Shown here one piece after another: positions 1 through 19,146 of a stretch of DNA of 64,000 nucleotides. The stretch lies in NCBI RefSeq assembly GCF_009914755.1, contig NC_060925.1; one strand, 5' to 3'. Source of the stretch: the human T2T-CHM13v2.0 reference genome, Homo sapiens. The notes under the pieces are model-generated. The model was not told where the DNA came from, searched no databases, and saw only the letters and a program-made list of their open reading frames with translations. The position numbers and the translations under genes are program-made. The stretch's first letter is position 1. The number at the start of each line of letters is the position of its first letter.

Positions 1-257
1 GGTGGGCTTCAGACCTATGGCTGTGTGGTACCACATGTGTACAGCTCAGATGGTAAGTAGCATCCACTGACAAGGGTCCCTCTATGGCCTCAGAGGAGAG
101 CAGGGGCCTTGATGTCCAGCTGTAGTGAGGAAGAGGAGTATGAGCTGGAGGGAGAGGAGCTTAGCAGGGAAGATTTAGGCTTCCACACAGCTTCATCTCA
201 CAGCACACATACATGCACACAGTGTGCACACGAACATGCATACCAGAGGGAATGTGT

Positions 258-561
<304 letters not shown>

Positions 562-2352
562 AGAATGTGCTTTTTCTTGCTGTCCTCCTATTGCCTTGGA
601 CCAAATCAGAGAAGATAGAAATCAGGGAATGGAATATGCTGGGGAAAGATCCTGTGCGACTGGGGTTGGGAAATACTAGCTAGTGGGAAGAACTTCACCT
701 GTTGACACCTGTTTCACCACTTTCTACCTCCATGGCCTTTAGCAAATTATCCAATCTTTCTTGCCTTCCATTTCTGAATCTGTAAAATGGGGATAACATT
801 TTCTACCTCCTACGGTGTTGGGAGAATTGATGGAGATGTCTGATGTATCAGAGGCATTTAATAAATAGTTGTGATTATTAATTCATCATCTGATCCTTAT
901 TTCCTAATCCTGCTTCTGCGCTAGACCCTGTGATCTGGGCTGGGGGCGGGGTGGGTGTCCAGAAATGCATGATATAGTTTCTGCCCTCAACGAGCTTAGT
1001 CTAGTCTAGTTGGGGAGATAGAAGTGTCATCACAGCACTCTGCTGCAGGCACTAGAATTAAGAAAATACATGGAAGGTGCTGAGTGTGGTATCTGGCACA
1101 GAGTGTGTTCAGTACATTATAGCTAGTACTGTTGTTGTTGTCATCATTGTGATCATCCTCATTTCTATGATCTGAGAATACTTATCACAGCCTGGAGTGG
1201 AGAGAGATGCCTTGTCAGAGGCGACTTGGGGAAGGCCCCATTTCTGAAGAGGGCTCAGTTGAGCTAGGCCTTATGGAGAGGGAAGAATTTGTTAGGGGAA
1301 GGGAAAGAAGAGGAATGGTGTTTCAGGTAGAGGGCCCAGCAAGAGTAAAGGCGTGGAGATGAGAAGGAGTGGTAGGTAGTCTGGTAGTGCTTGGTGCTGG
1401 GGAGGGGGAGGGCATCAGGCCATACTGGGAAGATCTCAGAGACCTTCCGAGGGCCATGGGGATGGGGCAATTGTGGGGCCCAGAGAGGGATCTCTCTGGC
1501 TTCAGTTAATAAAGCTGCATTGTGCATCAAAAACTGTGAGATCAGCGATAATTAAGTCAATTAAAATGTCACTTACCACATCAACAGCAGTGAGTTCTAA
1601 AGCAACAAAGCCCCTGAGTTTGGTGGGGGAGGGGCATTCCAAAAGCAGGAGTTGGGATGGATGAAATTGCTTCTAAACTCTGTTCCCCCTTCCCCACCTG
1701 GAGCTTGTGACACTCCAGAGCCTGGTTTCATCCTCATATCCAGCGAAAGACGTGGATACCTCCCCCCAGCCCCTACCCCCCTCCCCCAAAAAAGAAAGAA
1801 AGAAATAATATAAATGTGAAAATCACGTGTAATCCCATTTGCTATCTCCCAGAGATAACCTCTGTTAACATTTCAGGTTATAACCTTCCAGACTTTTTTC
1901 TATGCATATTTATACATACATTACAAAAATGGATCGTATCATGCATACTGCTTTGTTACCTATTTCCCCCACTCAACAGTATATTGTGAACATCAGCACA
2001 TACAGATACACATCATTGTTTTAAATTGCGGTGCTGTAGTCCACTGGGAATACCTGTCCCCTCATTTGCTAAACTAATCCTCTCTCGATGGACAGTTAGG
2101 TTTTCAATTGTTTGCCATCACAGGCAGTGCTGTGATAAATATTCGCATACACATATCTCTGCATACTTGAAGGGTACGTTTCTAGAAATGGAATCATTGG
2201 GTCAAAGACGATGTACTCTCTAAAGGCTTTTGATGTAAGGAATAAATAGCTCTTCTGCCATCAAGGTAGGAGAATGACCATCTGCCACTCCCCTAGATAA
2301 CCCTGTGTAATAATTTTTCTTTATATTTGCTAATCTGATCGGTAAACAATGA

Positions 2353-2781
<429 letters not shown>

Positions 2782-2903
2782 TTTTTCTTTCTTTGGTTAT
2801 AAATAAGGCTGAGCTTTTTGTCATGTCAGTTGGCTATTTGTATTTCTTCTTTAATGAGTTGTTTCTTCATTTACTTAGCCTATCTTTTACTAAGGTGACT
2901 ATC

Positions 2904-3032
2904 TTTTTATTTATTTAGAGATGGGGTCTTGCTATGTTGCCCAGGCTGAATTCAAACTTCTGGGCTCAAGTGATCCCCTCACTTTAGCCTCCTGAGTAGC
3001 TGGGACTACAGGTGTGTGCCACCGCACCCAGC
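2904..3032 (-). mobile_element. Alu monomer (FLAM/AluJ-like)
   Basis: Single-arm reverse Alu sequence. Confidence 0.8.
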
Positions 3033-3329
3033 TTTATTTTTTTATTCCTAAGTAAGAGTTCTTTGTATATATCATGGATATTCCCTTTTATTTGATTTGT
3101 GCTATTTATTTTTTATGAATTCCTCTATGTCATATACAGTATATAACAGATATTTTTCCAAATTTATTGTTTGCCTTTTAGCTTTGTTTATGGTATATTC
3201 TGTTATACTGAGGTGTAAATTCTTCATCTCACCATGTCTATCACTCTTTTCTCTTAGCTTTCTGCCTTGAGGTTATGGTTATGGTGTGTGGAGTGGGCTT
3301 CTGCAAGTGAATGTTGTTGGAGGAAGTTA

Positions 3330-4690
3330 ATGTGTGAATGCTGACTCTGAAGTCTGTAAATCTAGCCCTCAGCTCCAGACTTCTATATCCAACAGCCAAT
3401 TCAACATATGCTTACTTGGAAGTTGGATTCACGTGTCAGTCATTCTTGCCATGTCCCCCAAAACCTTGGTTTCCATTCTCTCCCTCCTCAGATCTGCTTC
3501 TCCAACTCAATGCTCTTCATTCAGGAAAAGACCCATCTTCACTCAGCTGTTCAGGATGGAAACCTGAGTTATCCTTTTTTTTTTCCCCTCTTTTCCTCAC
3601 ATCTTATAACTAAGCTATCAGCAATCATGCTGATTCTACCTTCAAAATACCAGAATCTGACCATTTTCGGCACCTCCTCCCACTCTAGTGAAGGCAGCAT
3701 GGTCACTAGCCTGGACTTCTGCAGTGTCCTAGTGGCCTGGTCTCTCCACTTTTCTTCTTGCATCTCTGCAGTTTTTTCTCTGTATAGCAGCCAAAATGAG
3801 CTTTTAAAAACAAACCATAGGCCAGGTGTGGTGGTTCACGCCTGTAATTCCAGCACTTTGGGAGGCCAAGGCAGGAGGACTGCTTGAGCCCAGGAGTTTG
3901 AGACCAGCCTGGACAACATAGTGAGACCCTATCTCTACAAAAAAAATAAATAAATTATCCCAGCATGATGGTAGTCCCAGCACACCCAGGAGGCTGAGGT
4001 GGGAGGACTGCCTGAGCCCCAGAGATTGAGGCTACGGTGAGTCAAGATTGCACCACTGCACTTCAGCCTGGGAGACACAGCGAGACCCTGTCTCAGAAAT
4101 AAAAAAAACAAAACAAAACAAAAAAACCCAGATCATATTATGTTACTTCCCTCAAGACCCTCCAGGGGCTTCCCATCACACTCGGGATAAAATCCAGCTG
4201 GGATTTCCATTGGGCCGTGGGATTAGTGGGATTACAATGGGCCGTGGAGCCCTCTGGCTAGCGGCCCCTCTCCCTCTAACCTTACCTCCTTCACCTGCTC
4301 CCTCCATCTGTGCTCCAGCCACCCTGGTTTTCTTGCTGTTCTACACACACAAGCTTGTCTATGCCTCAGGGCCTTTGTCCTTGCTGTTACCTCTGCCTGG
4401 AAAGCCTTTCCTGAGAGCTCCACATGGCTGACTTCAAGTTTCTGCTCAAATGTCGGAGAGCCCTTTCCTGACCACATGTTCTAAAACAATCTCTCCTTTC
4501 CCTCTTGTCATTCTCCTCCTCTGCCTTATTTTTCTTCAGAGCCCATATTCCAGTCCGACAGTAGTACATATATTTTTATTCATTGTTATACATCCCTCTA
4601 TCCAGGAATGTAAATTCCATGAAGTTAGGGACTTTGCTATTTAGTAAGTGGGTGCTTAATAAATATGTGTTGGATGAATATGTGTAATAT
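3330..4690. mobile_element. L2 LINE fossil interrupted by an Alu
   Basis: L2-type motifs, ending GTGCTTAATAAATATGTGTTGGATGAAT. Confidence 0.6.
3820..4126 (+). mobile_element. Alu (J-type)
   Basis: GGCCAGGTGTGGTGG start; GAGCCCAGGAG; A-rich tail. Confidence 0.9.
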
Positions 4691-5176
4691 ACAAATGGAT
4701 GTGAGTGTAATGTTTGTGTGTAGATGTCTCTGCTGCATGAGTAGATATCTGTGAGCATGTCTGTGTGTGGAACTGTGGGAAATGACATTCAGTTTGTGTC
4801 TGTGATTAAGGAGGCTTCTGTGAATGCCTTGCCAAGAATGTCTGCGTACGTGTATTTTTGCACGAAACGTTCATGTGCTTGCCTGCAACTGTGTGTGTTT
4901 GTGTGTAAGCTGTGGTTGTTTGATTATATATAGCCTGTGTCTGTTTCAGTGAGGAGCTGAGATACCTGCATATGTCTTCCTTTTATCAAATGGACCTGCC
5001 ATTGCCCCAGCCTTCCCTTTTCACCTCCCACACTTGGGAAATAGGAAACACCTTTGTGTTTTGGGGAGACTCCAGATGCGGAGTCAATTCCAAAAATGAC
5101 ATTTCACACTGCTGCAGACTGGGTGAGGGTCCGGATGGGACCTTGGCAGCCTCTTGTTGAGGCTGGAGCCGTCTCA

Positions 5177-7014
<1,838 letters not shown>

Positions 7015-7192
7015 GAAAGAATAAGCCTGCAGGAATGTGGAGTGGGGCAGGCCCTGGACTGGCTGTGTGGCCTCAACTTGTCACTGTTCTTTCTCTGAGC
7101 CTCAGTAGACTCAACTGCAAGTGGGGCTTGTCATTCTTGGCCTGCTTGCTTCTTGGAGATATGGTGAGAATAAAGGGAGGTAATGGCGGTGA

Positions 7193-7615
<423 letters not shown>

Positions 7616-8213
7616 TAGCTCTGATCTTGGCTCCAAGTGGGCCTCAATGGATATTGGTTGAATAAGTAATAAGTGTGTGAGTGAATCAATGAAGGTAAAA
7701 ATGAGTAAGTGCCTGAGTAATTGAACGAAGAGATGATTGCATAAAGCAGCAAATGAATTTGTAAATCACAATGACTAACACTTTTGAGCACATACTATGA
7801 TCCAGTCCTTTGTAAAGGCTTCTCTTAATCCTTGCAGCAACCCTATGAGATAGGTACTATCATGAACCCCATGTTGCAGATAGAGAAACTATGGGTCAGA
7901 TAAGTTAAAGCCACAAAGCTCCTGAGTGGTGGACTTGAGGTTTCAGCCTGCCCTGGGCAGTCTGACTCTAGAGCCCAGAGCCCTAAACCCACACTGGCCC
8001 TGCCGAGTGAATCGATGAATGAGTGGGTGAATGAAGGAGTGAATGCAGGAACCCCCACACGGTAAGCCACGGGCAAGACAGGCTCCCTTCCGATGGAGGG
8101 AGCTTCTGACCCATCAGAAGGTGGGCATCCAGGGTCTGGACTGGGGGTGGGTCTCCCTGAGGGCAGAGTCTGATAGGCCTGCCTCATGGCCCCTCTCCCT
8201 TTTCCGTCTGTAG

Positions 8214-8480
<267 letters not shown>

Positions 8481-10200
8481 TAGGGGGCTCAAAAAGACTC
8501 AGGTCACTTAGCAACACAGAGAGATGTCAATTCAAAACTATGCATGTATATCCAGAGTGCCTTTTGTTTGCCAGCACTGTCCAGGGCGCTGGAGCTGCCC
8601 TATGCTTTCAAATTCTCAAAACAAGCCTGTGAGGGAGGCATTCATTAGCCCTATCTCACAGATGAAGAAATGAGGTAGGAGGGTAAGGGACTAGTCCAGA
8701 GTATTATGGCTGGGAAGTAGCTGGAAGAGGCTGGAATGCCCAGGCAAGGAGAGTTCAGGCACAGGGAATTGTAAATAACAGCTTCTATGTTCTGACACCA
8801 ACTGTGAGTTAGGCACTGTGGGAGTCTCTCTCTTTCTGTGTGCCTCAAATCATCCAATCCCCATGTGGAGAGGTTATTATTTCCATTTTATGGACAAGGA
8901 AACGGAGGCTCAGAGAGGCTAAATCTGGGCCAAGTGGGGTTGGAACGTAACATGGCTAAAAATATGAGCTTTGGAGTCCTAGACTTGAAATCAGCACGGG
9001 CTTTCCCACTCAGCTCTCTTCTCTGAGCCTCAGTTTCTCCTTTTATAAAAAGGAGACAATGGCCATGCCCATCCCCTAGGGTGGTTGGGAGGTGATTTGT
9101 GATGACATATGCAAAGCATTCAGCAGAGCCTGGTAGGTGCTCAGAGGTCATTATTACCCAAAGCCCAAGGTAAGTACCCATATATGCCTATGAGGGACCG
9201 GCAGTCTGGTGCCCCACACCTGGTTCTACTGACTGTTGCCCTGCCCTGCCAGCCTCTCGGTGGGTGAGAAAAGGATTCAGTGGCATGGATGGGGAGTTTG
9301 ATGTCCTGGGAGGTGGTGCCACCCACCCCATCCTGTCCCAGGTCCAGCCTTGAGCAGCTGGTAAACCCACATGGGCTCAGCCCTGTGCCAGGCAGGCCTC
9401 AGAAAACTTCAGGGAACTCCTAGGGAGAACAGGTGCCCATGACCCATGAGAGGGCACAACAGGAGGGTATCCAAGGTCAAATGCTGGGGCAGCTCAGAGC
9501 AGCAGGATCAGCTGGGGTAGTCAGGAAGAGCTTTCTGAAATCCACAGGGGCAGGAACCAGGCCTCAAAAAGGCCAACATGAGCAAAGGCACAGAAATGGG
9601 ATGGGATCTCCACCTGGGTAGCAGCACTGGCCTGGCAGGGAGGGCATGGCCAGTCTCACTCCTTTAGACCCTGCCAGGCCTCTGGGCAGAACTCAGTGGA
9701 TAAAGGTTCTCTGGACCAGTGTGGAGGCATTAGTTTCTAGTGTGGGGATGTTGGATACAGTCCTATGCACAACCTGGTGGTGACATCAGCTCCTGACAGT
9801 ATTCCAGGACCCAAGGACCAGAGCACAGAGAGGAGTCAGGGACAGGGGGCTCATGTCCGCTGGTGGGGGCAGAGGAACTGGGGTGTTCAGCCCACCCCCA
9901 ACTCTCTAATTCTTAGGAAGGAAGGACATGAACTCCAAGTGAGCCTTTGTATGGAGGCCTTGCCTTCCAGCAGAGGCTCTGCCGGCGGTTTAGAGAGCCT
10001 GGCTTCCCTGTGACACCTACACGCCCCCCACCCCCCACCCCCCACCACCCCTGCAGTCCCTGGAGCCAGCAGTAGGATGCTGAGCTGTTGCTCCTTCCCC
10101 AACCAGAGTGGGGCTGACAGAGCGGTCCCCACTCCTTCCCCTGCCCCAGGATGACTCAGCTCAGGGCTGAGTCAGGCCTAGGATTAAGGTCAGTCTGTGA

Positions 10201-10579
<379 letters not shown>

Positions 10580-11647
10580 TCCTCTTCCTATTTAGGGTGC
10601 TGTGGATGACTTCCCATTCCCTGGAGGGCGGGGGAAGGACTCTGGCACCCCTTTGCAGAGGCTGAGATGACTCAAGTTCCCTTCAGCACAAACAGGGCAG
10701 GATCCACTTATGACATGATGGGAGGCAGTGAGGAGAGCGGTTACTGTCTATCCTTCAGGGGCTAGTCAAGTGAAAGGGCTGAAGGCTATACCCCAGGATG
10801 GAGGCTAGACCTCGGCCCTAGGTAGACACCTATCCTGGGTGGTTATCATGTTACCAGACATGTGGACAGGACTGTGGAATCAATGGTCCATAGTCCTGTC
10901 TCCCCTACAAACCCACAGTGGTTGGAACCAGGTCTCTTTGTCCTTCTGTTCTTGGGGAGGCAGCCACAAGGGTCAAGACTGAGTGCAACAAGCCTTACCT
11001 GAGACGTGAGCCCTGCCACCCCCACCCTCCCCGCTCCACTCTTACCCCTTAGCCAGGCTCTCTGTTCAGGAAACAGAAGAGTAGGAGCCTGAGGCCCTGC
11101 CATCAGAGACTCTAGGCCAGCTGGGATGAGGGGGTTTACATGCAGAGGACAGAGAATCAAGTGCTGGTGAATTCTGTCTGCCTAGTCAGTCCTCCCTTGA
11201 CTAGACCTTGAGATGGGTACCAGCCCAGCCTGGCTTCTCATGGGCAGGGACCAGTACTCTGATGCTAAAGAAGTCTTAGTATTCAGAATCTAAGGGCTAT
11301 AGGGTCTTAGAACTCCTGTGATATGGACTTACAGATTATTAGCATCATGGAGTCTCAAAGTATACTCATAGTATCCATCTTAGGGTAATACCCACCTACC
11401 CAATCCCAATGCCAAATAATGAAGACCCCCCTCAATCATATGCCTGACAGCCATTTTTGGAGTTGAGTTAGACCTCTGTGGTCCTGATAGTGCATAATGG
11501 GGTGGAGAGACCTTGAAAGCCCACAGCCATATGGAGAGGGGATGGCTGATTTCTAAGGGTAAGGGACCAGGGCCAGCTCTGGCAGCAGCCTGGGTGTCCA
11601 CAGTGGGTCAGAGCAGGATAAGATTCAAAGCTATTTCCCATAATTAA

Positions 11648-11890
<243 letters not shown>

Positions 11891-12149
11891 TAGGCCTTGC
11901 AGACAAACACCAGCCCATCAGTCTGCCCGCTTGTCCAGGAGCCAGCATGTCATCCCTGTGCCAAGGTGCAACTGATCTCTCCATCAAAGCCTTCAGTGAT
12001 AGGAGGGGAGTTTGGGAAGGGACAGAGGGTGTGCATTCCCTAGAGGGGTGGGGGGATGTTATCACGTACATCCTCTCCCAGAGCACCCTGCTCCACACCA
12101 ACCCCACTTCTTTCTTGCCCACCTCGGACTGCTCCTTTCCCGTCCCCAG

Positions 12150-12498
12150 GTGTGGTTCAAGAACCGCCGGGCCAAGTTCCGGAAGAAGCAGCGTAGCCTG
12201 CAGAAGGAACAGCTCCAGAAGCAGAAGGAGGCTGAGGGCTCCCATGGGGAAGGCAAGGCCGAGGCCCCCACTCCAGATACCCAGCTGGACACTGAGCAGC
12301 CCCCACGTCTGCCTGGCAGCGACCCCCCTGCTGAGCTTCACCTGAGTCTGTCTGAGCAGTCAGCCAGTGAGTCAGCCCCCGAGGATCAGCCGGACCGTGA
12401 GGAGGACCCCAGGGCAGGGGCTGAGGACCCCAAAGCTGAGAAGAGCCCTGGGGCTGACAGCAAGGGGCTGGGCTGCAAGAGGGGCAGCCCCAAGGCAG
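12150..12498 (+). CDS. DMBX1: DMBX1 coding exon 3, recognition helix [12 protein letters not shown] (K50) plus acidic/Pro-rich linker
   Basis: CCCCAG| acceptor; G|GTGAGG donor at 12499; 349 nt, frame consistent with flanking exons. Confidence 0.96.
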
Positions 12499-13190
12499 GT
12501 GAGGTCTGAGGGGTACCATGGGAGGGCTGGGGTCTGGGGGCCCTGAGCGTGTGAAGCAAGTCAGAGGCGAGTAATCAACTGCCCCTCAGGGGCATGGCGC
12601 ATCAGAAAGGACTGACCACAGCAGGCCTGGGCCAGGTTTTCACCCTTTAGTTGCAGAGCCGTGGGAAGGTCCAGGGGGTCCTGAGGGACGGGCTGGGTAG
12701 CAGGGGTGGGATACTGCGGGAGCTCGGGGCAAAAATTATTTATCAACCATTTGGAAGTATTCCAATATTTTAACAACCAGTTGGATGTCCCAGTGCATAC
12801 TGGGCGAATACTGTATTAGTACCAGAGATTCCCACGTGCAGCAGAGACTCCGAGCACATTTCTGAAGGAACAGAGCTCTGGCATGAGGCATATCTCAGAT
12901 ACAAACCCTAAGCCCAGCAGGGAGGGGACAGGGGCTGTGAGCTGAAGGTTGGAGTGAAGGAATGGGAGCTCTGGGCAGGGTGGGGGAGGGGGAAGTTTAC
13001 AGCCCTTGAAAAGAAAAAGAGACAGACGTGGGGGCCTTGGCAGGGTCCCTGGAGCTTTCCCAAGAAGCCTGGGTCCCTTTCTCCTAGGATTCTGAGCCTT
13101 GCTTCAGGGGATGCTCTGGCTGAGATGGGATGGATGTGGTTTCAGCCGAAGCCTGTCTTGTCTATAGTGCCAAGGAGGTGAGAAGGCTGA

Positions 13191-13709
<519 letters not shown>

Positions 13710-15155
13710 CTGTCTGGCTTCCAACCCAGCCAGGGGTCTTAGGTGTCCCCTCCTAGCCCTGTGGTTATCCCTAGGTGGCTCTCGAGGAGTTAACTCCATG
13801 AGCCCAGGGATCCTAGGGCCTGGGGTCCTGTTCCCTGCTCCGCTTCCCCATACCCCAGCCCGAGGTGAAGCCCACACCTACACACCCTCTGCATGGCCCT
13901 GCCTGGACCCCATGGAGGCCGAATAGGGAGGAGGTGAGAGGCTGGGGTGCCCCAAGCTTCCCTCGGAGAAGTGAGAGGCTCTCCCTGGCTAGATCCTCAT
14001 CTCAATAGCACCTCCTCCCTTTTCTCCCTATCCTTCTGCCCCCTAGTAAGTCTACGTGTGGAATGTGAGATATAAATATAAATATATAAAGCTATATTTT
14101 CAGGCTCCTGCCTGCCCCAGGCCCCCTGCCCCACTCCCATCTCTTCTTCCCTGCCACCCCTCCCTGCAGCCTCCGCGGCTCACTCCAGCCATCCCTTCTG
14201 TTTCTCCTTCTCTCTCCTTCCTTCTTCCCTTGATCTCCCTCTTCCTGTCTCTGTCCTGGTCCCTGCCCCCGTCTCGGCCCAGCCTCTGTATTCTCCACCC
14301 TTGATCTTTCTCCTTGTCTCTCCCGCTGCCCCTGGTTTCTTCCTTTGGTGTTGGCTGTGTTGGTATCATCAGTTCTTGAGCTATATTTTGTTTGGGGTTG
14401 TGGCTGGTTTTGGTTTTAGTAATTTTGCGACTTCCCGTTGCTCTCCTTCTATTCCCTTCCTTCTGCCCTGCCTGCCTCCCTGCACCTGCGGCCTCTCTAG
14501 GAAGCTGTTCCTTTCTATGCCCAATAGAAGCAACAAGGCCCTAGCTGGAGACTCTGGGGATCTGGAGCTGCAGGCAGGAGGTGGCACTGGCTCCCACTCC
14601 CACCCCTGCCCAGGCTGGCATCTAGAAGGCGTCATGAATTACTTTCTCTTCTCTCTTCTCAATTTTGAGGTCCTCATTCCCAAGATTGAGGAGGCAGTAG
14701 TTAATCTGGGAAGGCAGTAGAATGGCCAGCATTCCTGCCTGTAAGTCTTCCCAAGACAGAGGCCCGGTGACACAGTTCAGCCAGGACTGACCACAGGGCT
14801 CTAGAGCTCTCTTTGGTGAGACTTCCCTGGATGGAGAGCAGCAGCAGGGGAAGAGGTGCTCTCAGAGACAGCAGGGCTGGTGCTCTTCTCCCACAAGCTG
14901 AGCCTCCACGTTCAGCAGATACTGTCCAAGGCAGGGGTACGGCTGACCAGGAATGAAGGTTGAACTCTGCTCCTGAGCACGGTGCGTGCAAAGCATATAG
15001 CAGCACATAGGCTCAGGCTTCTGTAGGCTTCCTGTCCCAGAGCCAATTATGGAAGTAAGGGCTTCCCTCCAGCTAGTCACTGGAATGGAAAAGTGTGTTC
15101 CTGTTCATAGCCAGGAAACCCAGCTCAGCAAACTCCCTTTCAAAGCTGTGTGACC

Positions 15156-15526
<371 letters not shown>

Positions 15527-17407
15527 CTAGCCAGCTCTACATTCTGCATTTGCTCGCAACCTTGTAACACAGAAGTTTTTAGTTAAATTGACAACAGAAG
15601 GTTCTCAAAAGCACAATATATGAAGTAGGAAATTACTATTGCCTTTCTGTGGAGCAAGGGGTGTTGTACACACAAGCCTCACTGTAGACACTGCCTCAGT
15701 TTCCCCATAGGCATAATGGGTCCCTTCTAGTTCAGGCAATCTGGATTTGATCTTGAGTTCCAGTGCCAGCCTCTGGAGTCACTCCATTTTCATACCTTTT
15801 CATGATCTCAGGGGCTCTGGGCAGTGGGAGGTGATGGCTTGGACAGATTCTTGGTCATGCTCCCCAACTCTTGGTGGCTCACCACTGAACACTCCAAACC
15901 CTGCTTAAAGAAGTTGATCTATCTGAAAGCCAGGGTAAAGATTGCTAAGGCTTGTCTCCTCTCCCAGTGGGAAGAGAGAGGTTCTGTTGGTGTCCTGGTT
16001 GAATTGCTTTGCAGAGAAGTCAATGCCCATCACCCTTGATGGGGGTCAGCCTAGGCTGGGGCAGATGGAGAAGGCTTTGGACAGGAAAAAAGTGAGCAGG
16101 ATGGTAGTCTAGGCCAGGAGAAGTGTTTGAACAAAGCAGCAGAGATGAGACTCAGTAGACCATGGGAAGGGGGTGGCTGGCTTCACGAGAGGTGGGGCTA
16201 AGGGGCCTGGAATCCAGGCTAAAGACCACACCTACATGTGGCAAGCACCAAGACAGGCATTTGAGGGTTTCCAAATCCTCAGGTCTCTTGCTGGGGTCTG
16301 GAATTTGGAAGGGGAATCCACCAGCCATGGGGGCATCAGAGGAGAGACTTAGGCAGCGCTGTGGGAGGTTGGCAGATTCCAGGAGTGACAGAGGAGGTTT
16401 TTGGTTTGGGAGGGATTTTGTGGCCAATAGCCCATCAACTGTCCTCTGGGATTAGCCCCAGGAAGTTCTGTTTCTAAAACAAAAAATAATCATCTGGATA
16501 GGTATGGGAAGCTTCCTAGCTGCTTTTAGGCTGAAGCTTTTTGTCAGTTCCTGGGTACAAGTGACTGTCACTAGGCCTTGGAATCCAACAGCCTTAGATA
16601 TCACTACCTCCTCCAGGAAGCCTCCCCTGAACTCCTAAGGGGCAATGTTCTGTCATGGCTGGAGGCAGGCCCACCTTAGGAGCAGCCGAGCTTCCCTCAG
16701 ATGTTTGTTAACACTTGTCCCATTCAATTGACCCAAATCTGCCAGAGAAGGCAGGGAAGGTACATGTGGTCCCTGCCCTCGGAGGGCTCTCAAGTTTAGG
16801 GCACCAGCCTTGGGTACTGAAAGCAGCTGGAGAGCAAGAGGAGAGGACACCTGTGTCTCCTCCAAGCACACTGGTAAGCGGCACCGTGCATCTCCTCTGA
16901 GCACGCTTGTAAGCAGCACCGCGCTTCCCTTCTTGTGGGCAGAGGGTACAGGCCCACCACACCTGATGCTGGAGCCCCTCCCAGGCCTGCTGGGCCAACC
17001 TGGGCCTGAAAGCCAGAGGCTCAAGCTCTGACTGTCCCTTCCAGGAATGCCTCATGCCTGGCCTCTCCCTGCTGTCTGAGTCTCCATTTCTCTGTTTCCT
17101 CACTCCCTCAGAGCATGGTCCAGGGGCCCGGATCCCAACCCCAACTCCAAGGCTGGTGGGCTCTACAGACTGCTTTCCAAACCAGCTGTTTTGTGACCAT
17201 TTGTGCTTAGAGGTCGTGCCAGCCCATGGCAAAGACACTGTGTACTGTATTTATTTATTCTGTTAGTGGAAAAAAACAAGACTTAATTCACCCCTGCCTG
17301 TCCCCTCGCCTGCCCCCTGTGTAGTGCTGCATGACACTCTGTGTATCTGTCCTTCTGTCAGTCTCATTCCCTGTGATGTTGTGACCTGTTCTTTGTCTTA
17401 CTTGGCG

Positions 17408-17413
17408 AATAAA
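17408..17413 (+). terminator. DMBX1: Probable DMBX1 distal polyadenylation signal (3'UTR ~3.7 kb)
   Basis: AATAAA preceded by U-rich TGTACTGTATTTATTTATT typical of 3'UTR ends. Confidence 0.7.
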
Positions 17414-18811
17414 AGAGAACCCAGCAGCCCAGACCTCAGTCCATGTTCATTCCCAGAGATGCCCGCAGTGGCCTGAGCAGGCAGTGTCTCCAGGTCTGTT
17501 CACTGCCCCTCTGATGCCATGGCCAGTGGGGAGGGAGGCGGACCTACTGCACTATTGGCCATTGTCACACTGACTGTGTAGCTCTCTCTGTGGCCCTTAC
17601 TAATCTGCAGCCGGGATGCCACTCTGGAGTGGCTGCAGGGGAGCAGATAATGGGAGACAGTTCCATCTTCTCTAGGCTGTTTGGACCTCACCCAAACACA
17701 AGTGGCAGAGTAGCCTGGGACATGGGACGCCTGAGACAAGCAATGCCTGGGAGTATTCAGTGTAGCTTGGGAGACGGATGGGTCTGCAGGACAGAGAGAG
17801 GCAGGGGACTCTGTGGAAAACTGCAAGTAAGCCAGGGCCAAAGGGGAGTGGTAAGAAGAGACATTTGGATCTACAGCCAGAGCTATTTTCCAGTGGAAAG
17901 GGAAGCCTTCAGAGGCTGTGAGCTCTGTCCTCAGAGGTGAGCAAGCAGAGGATGAAGGAGGGCTTTCTGCCATGGTGCGCTGGGGTGTGTCTGTGTTGTT
18001 ATAAGTCTATCTGCAGGTCTGAGAACCTGTGCTATGAATTCCTAAGTGTCTGCTTGCATCTGTGTGTGTACGAGCACATTCACGATGAGCAGGAGAGACA
18101 GCGCGAGATAGACGGCAAGACCGTACATATAGGCAATAAGTGCAGAAAAAATGCACAGCCAGGAAGTTCTTGCTGTGAAACCCTGGTCCCTCCAGCTGCA
18201 TTTCAAGAAAAAGAAGACAAGAGATCTCTGCTCAGTCCTGGCTGCTTTGGCTCCACCTTCTTCCCCGGTGCTCCAGAGTGCCGGCGCAGGGCCAAGAGCC
18301 AGAAGAGGTGGTGCATGCACCTGGCTGAGGTTTAGGGGAGGTGACAGTCTCCTCTGTCTGCGGATTTCCTGGTAGGAGAACCCAGCAGACCTGAATGTAT
18401 GCAGGCAGCTGTCTGCTAGGCTTCCCAGGGGCGGGCCCTGACCTCCCCACTTCCCAGGTCCACCCCAGGAGACGCATTCCTCTCTCCCCAGCGGGCTGAG
18501 GATTAGGGCGGGGAGCGTCTCCCTTTCACCTTGTCCCCTGCCTCCCTGGGAGGGGCTGAGAGATCAAATATCTGCCTCAAATCTCCCACTGCTCCCTCCC
18601 CTGGCCTGAGCCATTGACTGCCTCCTACGTACTTCAGCCCCAAGGGACACACCTTCCCTGGCATAAAGGGTACCCTGGTAACACTGCAGTTCAAATCACT
18701 CATGCACTCAGCATACACAGAGCACCTGCTGTATGCCTATGCCTGTGCTGGGAGCTGGCTACATAGAAACAAGTAAGGAAAACACTACAACACAGGGTGA
18801 TATGGTGTTCA

Positions 18812-19146
<335 letters not shown>

